Positions 53,540-61,242 of a DNA stretch of 64,000 nucleotides are shown one piece after another. Origin of the DNA: a virus; the IMG/VR virus record IMGVR_UViG_3300022413_000008, positions 4,315-68,314 of that record. One strand, 5' to 3'. The notes beneath the pieces are model-generated. The model was not told where the DNA came from and searched no databases. It saw nothing but the letters and a program-made list of their open reading frames with translations. Numbering within the stretch: position 1 is the stretch's first letter; the number at the start of each line of letters is the position of its first letter. Position numbers and translations under genes: made by a program.

Positions 53540-54289
53540 TTATGCCGTGTCACCTGCCAGAACCCATTCATCGGTCGCGATCTTGGTCAGAGTCGCAATC
53601 GCATGCTGGGCTCGCAGGTTTGTTCCATTCGCCGAATCAAGTGTCACTCCACCAGCGGCAGCCAGTTGCACCTGTCCAGCACCGGATTGAATGATTTCGA
53701 TACATGTTCCAATCGCGAAAGCTGCCGTCGCATTAGCTGGAACCGTCAATGTTACCGTTGTTCCCGCTGTGAAACGCTTGGTTTTGCCGTGATCTGCTAG
53801 AACCAGCGTGTAGCTGGTGCCAGCCTCCGTCTCAATATCAGCAATCGCAATGTTGGTGGCATGGATATCCCCTTGATCCTCTTGTGCCCAGTCCACATGT
53901 TCGGCCGGGACAAACCCCAAGAGGTTGTCATGGTTGACGATCGCCTCGATTTCGCCCGCTGTCATTCCTCCGCTAGCCCCACCTAGCGCAGCATCAACAA
54001 ACCCAGGAACTATCCCCTGGACGAATTCTTTCGCCCCATAGTTCGTGTCGATCGTAACGCTTGCCGCGCCGTTAACCAGATCGTTCGGCTCAAACGCCTC
54101 GACCGTAATGTTGTTGGCTGATGCATTGCCATCTGTGTCAATGACAGTCCAGGATTTGCCAGGCGCTGCACCTGCCGGCAACCTAACCGTAATAGCCGCA
54201 ACGCTCGTACGCACGAGGATGAGCTGGTCATCACGAAGCGCATTGTAGTCACCAGTGATGGCGACAGTTTTGGGTGCTAATTGACTCAT
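53540..54289 (-). CDS. Tail-fibre-like protein
   Basis: AITVRLPA...DGNASANNITV and TSYTLVLAD...FAIGT...GAGQV...DEWVLAGD modules. Confidence 0.7.
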   Translation of the reverse strand: MSQLAPKTVAITGDYNALRDDQLILVRTSVAAITVRLPAGAAPGKSWTVIDTDGNASANNITVEAFEPNDLVNGAASVTIDTNYGAKEFVQGIVPGFVDAALGGASGGMTAGEIEAIVNHDNLLGFVPAEHVDWAQEDQGDIHATNIAIADIETEAGTSYTLVLADHGKTKRFTAGTTVTLTVPANATAAFAIGTCIEIIQSGAGQVQLAAAGGVTLDSANGTNLRAQHAIATLTKIATDEWVLAGDTA

Positions 54290-54474
54290 GGGTGTTCCTC
54301 TTCTTTCTCAGCCCTTAAGGCCTCGTTTTCTTTTCTCAACGCCTCGTTCTCTCCGATTAATGCCTCCAAGGCTTGCTTTAGCATTGTCGTCCCTACCGTG
54401 TGAGCCCCAGCCAACGCTCCGAATGCATCAATAACGCGTTGTGATGTGGCGCTTATTTCTGGACCCTTATCCAT
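54286..54474 (-). CDS. Small coiled-coil protein
   Basis: ENEALRKENEALR. Confidence 0.6.
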   Translation of the reverse strand: MDKGPEISATSQRVIDAFGALAGAHTVGTTMLKQALEALIGENEALRKENEALRAEKEEEHP

Positions 54475-54480
54475 GTTGAT

Positions 54481-55449
54481 TTAGGCCACTCGATTGAGTG
54501 TCATTGCACAATCCTGAACGGTCGCGGCCGAAGTGTCAGTCTCATTCTGCATCCACAATTCAACCGTATCCCCAGCGGTAAGTGTGGCCTGGGCAGCTAC
54601 TACCGCAGAACCGATGTCCCCACCTGTCCCTAACTTCCGAGTTGTGCGAGCCCCTAGCTGCGTCGCCCCATTGTTCTTGAAAAACGCAAGGGAATAGGTA
54701 TCGCTAGTCCCGCCTGAGAACGACACTGCGGCAACCATCTCGTAATCCCCATTTGCACCTACAGTAATATGATCATTCGTGTGGTCTGGCGTCGCATTGT
54801 TTGAAGGACCATTTGTGTCGAAAACAGTAATCTGGCTAGCATTTGAAAAATCAGAGCTTGAGCCAGCAAAAGTCGTCGTTGTTGCGTTGCTCTCGACCTC
54901 TAGCGAACCGTGTGCATTGGGAAGATTATTCGCAGCGATCGTTCCAGCTCCTGGGGAAGACCAGTCAATGTGCTCAGCAGCTACGAAGTTCAGTAACGAA
55001 TCATGATCGATTGAAGCGACCGGGAGATTCGACACATCAATCGTGCCTGCCGCAACACCTGTCCAATCAATGTGCTCAGCAGCCAGGAAGTTCAGTAGCG
55101 AATCATGATCGATGGAAGCGACTGGGAGATTCGACACATCAATTGTGCCTGCCGCAACACCTGTCCAGTCAATGTGTTCGGCAGCTACGAAGTTCAACAA
55201 CGCATCATGATCGATGGCTCCCGGGACAAGCGTCCACTCAATGACACTGCCATTCAGCGCGATCGTTATCCCCCCAGAAACAGACGCTACCGGCCGGAAT
55301 TGAAGATCCACGGCCAGCTTGGAATCAAAAATGCCAATGCCTCCCCCAAGGTTCGACGCCGTGTTGGCCTCGCCCGAACCAGCAACAGCCGGAGGAGGCA
55401 TCAATCGCGTAACCTCGGACGCGTTCCCGTCAAAATACAGCATGTTCAT
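54481..55449 (-). CDS. Tail-fibre-like protein with 34-aa repeats and a beta-sandwich C-terminus
   Basis: NTASNLGGG and IDHDSLLNFVAAEHIDW x3. Confidence 0.7.
   Translation of the reverse strand: MNMLYFDGNASEVTRLMPPPAVAGSGEANTASNLGGGIGIFDSKLAVDLQFRPVASVSGGITIALNGSVIEWTLVPGAIDHDALLNFVAAEHIDWTGVAAGTIDVSNLPVASIDHDSLLNFLAAEHIDWTGVAAGTIDVSNLPVASIDHDSLLNFVAAEHIDWSSPGAGTIAANNLPNAHGSLEVESNATTTTFAGSSSDFSNASQITVFDTNGPSNNATPDHTNDHITVGANGDYEMVAAVSFSGGTSDTYSLAFFKNNGATQLGARTTRKLGTGGDIGSAVVAAQATLTAGDTVELWMQNETDTSAATVQDCAMTLNRVA
54961..55218. repeat. Tandem repeat, period 102 bp (two full and one partial copy)
   Basis: Copies start at 54961, 55063 and 55165. Confidence 0.95.
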
Positions 55450-55793
55450 GGCTTTTTGAGTGAATCGACCAGCTCGGCCATTTGGGCTTTCTGTTCCTTT
55501 ATGTCGCTCCGGATCTCCGTCAGGGCTTCACTGTCCGTCCTGATGAAATGGACTATGTCCTTAACTAGCATGCCCACTACCGCGACTACTGCCACCCACA
55601 TGAATTTCTTCATGCCTCCAGCCCACCGCGTCAGCCGGTCTATTTGAATCACGTGCGATTTCTCGGCGTCTCCATTCCCCAGGATAACTTTCTTGATGTC
55701 CCCCACATCCTCTTCCATTTTCTCGAGGGCTGTCACCGCTTTCTCAAGATCGTTGATTCTCTTCTCACACTGCAAGCACCTCTGCTCATCCAT
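55446..55793 (-). CDS. Coiled-coil protein with one TM segment (holin-like)
   Basis: KFMWVAVVAVVGMLV. Confidence 0.6.
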   Translation of the reverse strand: MDEQRCLQCEKRINDLEKAVTALEKMEEDVGDIKKVILGNGDAEKSHVIQIDRLTRWAGGMKKFMWVAVVAVVGMLVKDIVHFIRTDSEALTEIRSDIKEQKAQMAELVDSLKKP

Positions 55794-55812
55794 TTGGGTA
55801 CCTTAACCCTTC

Positions 55813-56673
55813 TTACACATCGACCACAAATGGATAGCGAGGCTTCACATAGTTGTTATAGATTGCCTGCATGCATACTTTCGTGATCGCCGTCGTCTCC
55901 CAAAACGCGAAATCCAAACAATACCATTCCGCGTAAGGTGCCGACACATGGCTCACCCGATCGCGCCCGAGACGTGTGAACGTCAGCGTTTGATTGAAGG
56001 TCCCCTCCGCCTCAGCCGTCTGCCGATTGTTGATGTAGGCTGAACCATTGCCAGGTCCATTCTCCCCACCGGTCGCCGAAATTAGGAGGAAGTTGACAGG
56101 CAAACTTGGCCCGCTGGTTAAGTTGTTGTAGACAATTGCAGCCGAATTGCCGGAATATCCAGCCGTCAACGCCGGAACAGACGAATCATAAAGCATCATG
56201 TTCGACGTGTTGACATTCAGATTCGCATCCCCAGCAATTGCTCCAGCCGATATCATGCGACCCACTGCCATCGACGAATAGTCCGTAGACGCAAGCACGA
56301 TATTGGTGTCCAAAGTCAAGAACCCTCCAACATTCGGGAAGATCGTCGTATTGGGTCCATTGAAGTAAATGCACTGATGATCAGGAAATGGTGAAGACCC
56401 ACCTAGATTCGAAGGCCTGAAGAATCTCGCGCCAAACCCAATCGCGTTCGTGAAGGCGTTGTTTCCAGCGAGACGGTCGGTCCACTGATAGGTGGGCGCC
56501 AGGAGTTCCGTCTGATCCGGGATCGAATTGTCGAAGAAGTCAGCTCGCCAATGATAATCAGGGGCCGGACATCCAACTACCTCTTCCAGTTCAAGCAGAG
56601 AAGCCCCTCCGCCGTAGTCACGAAACAGCGGCAGGCCTTTCTTGAAATTGCCAGGTAGAACGATTCTCCCCAT
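55813..56673 (-). CDS. LamG-like beta-sandwich virion protein
   Basis: YHWRADF, WTDRLAGNNA, IYFNG and AFWETTAI. Confidence 0.55.
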   Translation of the reverse strand: MGRIVLPGNFKKGLPLFRDYGGGASLLELEEVVGCPAPDYHWRADFFDNSIPDQTELLAPTYQWTDRLAGNNAFTNAIGFGARFFRPSNLGGSSPFPDHQCIYFNGPNTTIFPNVGGFLTLDTNIVLASTDYSSMAVGRMISAGAIAGDANLNVNTSNMMLYDSSVPALTAGYSGNSAAIVYNNLTSGPSLPVNFLLISATGGENGPGNGSAYINNRQTAEAEGTFNQTLTFTRLGRDRVSHVSAPYAEWYCLDFAFWETTAITKVCMQAIYNNYVKPRYPFVVDV

Positions 56674-56975
56674 CAGTCGGCGTACCAGCTGTAGGCAACA
56701 TCACTGCTCCCAGCTCTGGCTACACGAAATTCAGAAAGCTTGTCACCAGGAAACCATTGCTCCTTATCCGGATGGACAAAACACCCATCCGGGTCTCCTG
56801 GCCCATAAACGAGGAGGCCCTCTGCAGAGTCTTCATTCGAAAACCTGACCCCGTTTTGCAAATAATGGTCGGTCGCAGAAACCGCAGCCGGTGTAGCTGT
56901 CGCGGTTCCGCCATCGCTACGTGGCCCGCTATCCGTCACGTTCGGATGCGTGATATTTGGTGCATAAAATGGCAT
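56673..56975 (-). CDS. Hypothetical protein
   Basis: 100 aa, coupled. Confidence 0.65.
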   Translation of the reverse strand: MPFYAPNITHPNVTDSGPRSDGGTATATPAAVSATDHYLQNGVRFSNEDSAEGLLVYGPGDPDGCFVHPDKEQWFPGDKLSEFRVARAGSSDVAYSWYAD

Positions 56976-57469
56976 TAGCTTCCCTTCACTTCGACTTTCG
57001 ACGGTTGAACAATCTGTATTGCGACGCCCTTCATCGGGCCTTGCGCTGCCCCTTTCGACCTATTTGGCCTCGAAGATGGGTCGTCCCCATGGGTCTTGAC
57101 CATGCTGCGTACTGCCTCATCGCGATCTCTTAATAAACTACGCTGAAGCTGAGCGAAAGCCAATAGCTCGTCAGTATTGTCGTCGCGGTCAGCTTTATTG
57201 ACTCGTTTGCGACATTTTTGAATCAGTTTATCCCGCTGGTCGTTGCCGTAGTAGTGCTCAGTAACACCAATTGCATGTACCCCTATGGCAACCATCTCTT
57301 TGTGCAGAGGTTTGGCGGCCTTGATTCGGCTCCAGCCCTTCTCTCGGATGCCAACAGCACTGAGTATCTCGCGTGCCTCTGCGTCCGTTAGTGGCTTAGA
57401 GGCTGGCTCTGCCACTTCAACCGGCTTATCGGCCAGATCAGCCACTTCAGGTAGATGTGTCTCCGTCAT
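56975..57469 (-). CDS. Hypothetical protein (possible terminase small subunit)
   Basis: Helical body with a C-terminal VAIQIVQP strand; TerS assignment is weak. Confidence 0.5.
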   Translation of the reverse strand: MTETHLPEVADLADKPVEVAEPASKPLTDAEAREILSAVGIREKGWSRIKAAKPLHKEMVAIGVHAIGVTEHYYGNDQRDKLIQKCRKRVNKADRDDNTDELLAFAQLQRSLLRDRDEAVRSMVKTHGDDPSSRPNRSKGAAQGPMKGVAIQIVQPSKVEVKGS

Positions 57470-57824
57470 TGTTTCCAATGTAGTCTCCGTTTAGCTCTTT
57501 TGGCCAACCAAAGCTTGGCTTCTCAGGTTGCTCCCATGCCCAGCACACCTTCTCTACGGCCGTAGCCGCGTAGGGCATGAAGCACCAGCACCCAATACGC
57601 TCCTCGCCAGCATAAGACCCAGGGGTGCCGCAGGAAAGCAAGGATGTGTTGAAGATTGGGCAGCTAAGACAGAAGCTTAGTCTCTCCGGCGACAAGTTCC
57701 TTGAGCGTTGCTCTATCGCTGGTGATGGGTACTTTGTTAGAGAGTACCAAAGCGTCGGAAACACGCTCCATGCAAGCCGGCAAAGCCCGAGGGGATTTAG
57801 TGTCCGGCAGTATTCGAAAACCAT
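57447..57824 (-). CDS. Candidate Cys-rich protein in an overlapping frame
   Basis: CLSCPIFN..SCG...GCWCFMP...CWAW; taagg before ATG. Confidence 0.5.
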   Translation of the reverse strand: MVFEYCRTLNPLGLCRLAWSVFPTLWYSLTKYPSPAIEQRSRNLSPERLSFCLSCPIFNTSLLSCGTPGSYAGEERIGCWCFMPYAATAVEKVCWAWEQPEKPSFGWPKELNGDYIGNNDGDTST

Positions 57825-58731
57825 CCTTACAGCCAACCTTAGAAATGTAGGCAAAAGGAGAGCTCGCTCTGACGGCCCAAGATCTAATTGATTCTCGAGC
57901 AAAATCTCGAAGCCTCTGGATTCGCCTGACAACGTTTTCTGCATAACCTACCCTGTTGTAACGCTGCAGCCGCGTTTGTTCAACCCCGCGTGATGCCTTT
58001 TCCCATGACTCGGTGGATACGCATTCAAGGTGTGGCATAATCGTCTGATCCTGCTTGCTCATCGCAAGGAGCTCGCGAGACAAGAGGTCGTCGGCTACCC
58101 CACTTCGAAGGAACTCGGGCTCTGTCGCCGCTGCCGCCCGAATCCTTGGCCACTTTTTCGCAAGCGTCTCCTTCCATTGCGGACGATACGGAACCGCACC
58201 AAGTTTACAGAATCCCAAGTCCAATATCTTGTCCTTCCCAAGGATCCATGTCAGAGCAACCTGCTTGAATGCCACCCAAATGAGTGCCATTTCTTCCAAA
58301 CTGCACACGTTGGCTTCTCGATGTAGCTCGACGAGGAAGGGATCCGACACGCCACCACCGCGAACTGGCTTCTCTAGCTCCTCCTCTTCGAACTGATCCT
58401 CACCATCCCAACGGAAATGCCTCTCAGGCGTAATCCCGTCGACCTTTGTCAGTCCTCGGAACGCCTCCGCGTTCAAGAGCCATGACCCAGAGTCGACCCT
58501 GTGACTCGACATCCTGCCCATCACAACCTTGAACTCGCGCCACTTATCGAGAGACAACACAACGCCTGACGTGATTGCGTAATAGACGGTTGGGTCGTTG
58601 GAAAGATGCCCTTTCACAGCCAATACCGGTACCAGGCAGCCTTCGCGCACCTCTACGACACGCAACATTTGATCCCCACGCAGGAAAACCTTCACTTCGC
58701 ACGCGAGGCCTTGCGTTTCAGGTCGGCGCAA
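57664..58731 (-). CDS. Hypothetical protein
   Basis: 355 aa ORF. Confidence 0.7.
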   Translation of the reverse strand: MRRPETQGLACEVKVFLRGDQMLRVVEVREGCLVPVLAVKGHLSNDPTVYYAITSGVVLSLDKWREFKVVMGRMSSHRVDSGSWLLNAEAFRGLTKVDGITPERHFRWDGEDQFEEEELEKPVRGGGVSDPFLVELHREANVCSLEEMALIWVAFKQVALTWILGKDKILDLGFCKLGAVPYRPQWKETLAKKWPRIRAAAATEPEFLRSGVADDLLSRELLAMSKQDQTIMPHLECVSTESWEKASRGVEQTRLQRYNRVGYAENVVRRIQRLRDFARESIRSWAVRASSPFAYISKVGCKDGFRILPDTKSPRALPACMERVSDALVLSNKVPITSDRATLKELVAGETKLLS

Positions 58732-58943
58732 ATCGTCGCTGGCGACACTCCCAGTTCCTTTGCTATCTGCCGCAAAGGAAACCCTTGCCTCTTCATCTTT
58801 AACGCAGCCTTTCGCCGTTCATTTCGACGGCGAATGTCAGCATGTGACGCTTCTCGACGGCGCTTCTTCTCTTCAATAACTGTGACTTGTAGCCGTGCGA
58901 CCCTTGCTCGGGCCTTTTTTAATTGATCAGTGAGCCTCTTCAT
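58692..58943 (-). CDS. Small HTH protein
   Basis: GFPLRQIAKELGVSPATICADLK. Confidence 0.8.
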   Translation of the reverse strand: MKRLTDQLKKARARVARLQVTVIEEKKRRREASHADIRRRNERRKAALKMKRQGFPLRQIAKELGVSPATICADLKRKASRAK

Positions 58944-59787
58944 TTCGTTTACGAGCGATGAATCTTAGTTCCTCTCCTTGCCCACTCTCCCCTAATTTCG
59001 AAACTTTCTTGATCACGGCTTCCGGCTCCAAGTCAGGGTTCCTGGAACGCACAACCTTAGCAACTTCAGCTTCGGTGTAATCCCCGATCCGGGTCCACTG
59101 CTCCATTAGTTGGAAGCCTCCCCGCCCCAACATTTCCTCCAATGTCTTTGGAGTGTAGTGAACATAATGGTAGTTCGGATCCAGCCAATACCAGTCCTTC
59201 CCAAGCTCCACGGAACAATACGAACCGAAATTCGGCACGATCCCAATGAACAACCCGCCAGGCTTGAGATGGCGCTTCACGCAATCTAGATATTTCAATG
59301 GGTTTGGGATGTGTTCGAAGACGTGACACATCGAAACCAGGTCGACTGGATCCCAATGCGTTACATGTTCAAGTGGTGAGGTCGTAATCTGCAACTTCAA
59401 ATGTTCTCGGCCCCAGAACGCCATCTTCCTACAAATCTCAATCCCCACTGGATCATACCCATAGTCTTTCAATGTCACCATGAAGGCGCCCCACCCGCAC
59501 CCAATATCAATGGCGGTGCCGCTGTTGATCTCCGTCTTCTCTCCCACTTCAGACATGAAATCCTTCCGTCGCAATGCCGATGAGGCCACCCCTTCAAGGC
59601 CGGGCCATACCATGTGAGACCCCTCATCAGCGTAGTCCTGGTAGAAGTCGACTAAATCCCCACGAATCCCATTACGCTGAGCGAACACCAGGCCGCACGC
59701 TTGACACTGCCGAATATTAGGCCATGCTGCATACCGTGGACTCGTCGCCGTCTCTTCGCACAACGGGCAATTTTGTTGGAAAAACAC
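58927..59787 (-). CDS. Class I SAM methyltransferase with N-terminal Zn ribbon
   Basis: CPLC..CQACG, IDIGCGWG, GIEIC, MCHVFEHIPNP, LKPGG and PNYHYVHY. Confidence 0.9.
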   Translation of the reverse strand: MFFQQNCPLCEETATSPRYAAWPNIRQCQACGLVFAQRNGIRGDLVDFYQDYADEGSHMVWPGLEGVASSALRRKDFMSEVGEKTEINSGTAIDIGCGWGAFMVTLKDYGYDPVGIEICRKMAFWGREHLKLQITTSPLEHVTHWDPVDLVSMCHVFEHIPNPLKYLDCVKRHLKPGGLFIGIVPNFGSYCSVELGKDWYWLDPNYHYVHYTPKTLEEMLGRGGFQLMEQWTRIGDYTEAEVAKVVRSRNPDLEPEAVIKKVSKLGESGQGEELRFIARKRNEEAH

Positions 59788-59801
59788 AGGAATTGTTTAA
59801 C

Positions 59802-60074
59802 ATGCATGCGGCAAATCTGCAAGCTGTTCTTAACGGCAGGACACTATCTCGGCTATCCAAGTTGCTGAACACCACCCTAGTAGCCACATTCAAGGATCCG
59901 TCTGTCCCGGTCTTCAAAGGCTACATGAAGCTCGCCATTTGGACCGGTGAAGAGTTCGTCGACCCTCACACCGATCAGGCGCATCGCCTCATACCTGTCT
60001 CGATAAGCCCCTTGGATGAATCTTGGACAATCCCAATTAAGCTTGCGGCTGGACACAAACGGAGCAATTGTTAG
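59802..60074 (+). CDS. Hypothetical protein
   Basis: MHAANLQAVLNG...; divergent from the methyltransferase gene. Confidence 0.55.
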   Translation: MHAANLQAVLNGRTLSRLSKLLNTTLVATFKDPSVPVFKGYMKLAIWTGEEFVDPHTDQAHRLIPVSISPLDESWTIPIKLAAGHKRSNC

Positions 60075-60078
60075 TCGT

Positions 60079-60399
60079 ATGCCTGAACTAGAAAAACAAC
60101 GCCGGACAGGGGAATCGATTGCGGTTCCAATAAACTTCGCAACAGGGAAACCAAACCGTGCCGAGGGGGATGTCTTTGACGACTTCTTGATGCAAACCGG
60201 TGGCGATCCCGCACCGCGAGGTGGTCATGAAGATGCTATCGCTGGCCATATCGCCAAGATCAGCGACTTTGGTAAGGAACCCCGTCCGGGTTATGGACCA
60301 GGCCCAACTCCCGAGAGTCACGCTTTTCTGCCGGAAGGAATCCTGCCGGCTGTCCAACCAGATCCAAATGCCATTGGGCTTGACGCCGGTAACTCTTAA
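60079..60399 (+). CDS. Pro/Gly-rich hypothetical protein
   Basis: MPELEKQRRTG... Confidence 0.6.
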   Translation: MPELEKQRRTGESIAVPINFATGKPNRAEGDVFDDFLMQTGGDPAPRGGHEDAIAGHIAKISDFGKEPRPGYGPGPTPESHAFLPEGILPAVQPDPNAIGLDAGNS

Positions 60400-60416
60400 G
60401 GCACAATTCGCTCGTT

Positions 60417-60641
60417 ATGGCATCACAGATCGCGTCTGAAACATCCGTTGGAATCGTAAAGTGGTTCGACAATAAGAAGGGATACGGGTTCATCCAATGT
60501 GGGGACCTCGACATTTTCGTCCACCACACAGCAATCCAGTCTGACACTTTCAAAACCTTGAATACGGACGAACAAGTCCAAGTCACCTACGAGGACACAC
60601 CCAAAGGGCTCAGGGCCACGGAAGTAATTAGAAACATCTGA
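60417..60641 (+). CDS. csp: Cold-shock domain protein
   Basis: GIVKWFDNKKGYGFI (RNP1), DIFVHHTAI (RNP2), FKTL and KGLRATEV. Confidence 0.95.
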   Translation: MASQIASETSVGIVKWFDNKKGYGFIQCGDLDIFVHHTAIQSDTFKTLNTDEQVQVTYEDTPKGLRATEVIRNI

Positions 60642-60649
60642 CAACACAA

Positions 60650-60726
60650 ACTCCCCCCAAGCTTTCACCTGAGGGGAGTGTGCCCCAATCAAACAACCAA
60701 ACCAGCTATCCTGGGATAGCCTGGTT
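60650..60726. terminator. Hairpins between the convergent csp and Zn-finger genes
   Basis: actcccc...ggggagt and aaccagctatcc-tg-ggatagcctggtt. Confidence 0.45.
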
Positions 60727-60744
60727 AATTGTTGCTCTTTGCCT

Positions 60745-61242
60745 TTAACTCGTCAATCCCTTTCTATAGCGAGTCTTGGTTTCAAGGCATTTCTCGCAGG
60801 TGTGCCTCCACTTAAACTTCTTTTCACGTCCGCAATTCGTGCAGACCCCTTGCTTAAGGCGATTCGCTATTCGCCGCCGTCGCTTATCGGCTTCTCGAGT
60901 TCGGCAGGCTTTGCATTTTGCGGCCCCCTCTTTGTCTAGATGCCGGCCGCACCGGCATTGCCCAGCCGATCGGCGACCTCCATGCAATTTCTCACGGTAT
61001 TTGTATTGGATCATTCGACACCGCTCACAGGTAGCCCGACCCTTTATTGGGGCATCCTTTCCGCACGTCGAACACAGCCCGGCTGCCTTCCTCTCTGCTC
61101 GCGTAGTTCGTGCCCAGTCCCTTTGAGCCTTCTTGTACGACTCATCCTGGTCTGCCACCGGCTGAGTATTCAGCAGACGAATGACCTCTTCCTTGGTCGG
61201 AAGCCCTAACTGACTCGCTAAACTCATCTGCTCCCTTCCCAT
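60745..61242 (-). CDS. Basic protein with three tandem Cys4 Zn-finger-like repeats
   Basis: CSTCG/CERC, CRCG/CKAC and CTNCG/CEKC. Confidence 0.8.
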   Translation of the reverse strand: MGREQMSLASQLGLPTKEEVIRLLNTQPVADQDESYKKAQRDWARTTRAERKAAGLCSTCGKDAPIKGRATCERCRMIQYKYREKLHGGRRSAGQCRCGRHLDKEGAAKCKACRTREADKRRRRIANRLKQGVCTNCGREKKFKWRHTCEKCLETKTRYRKGLTS

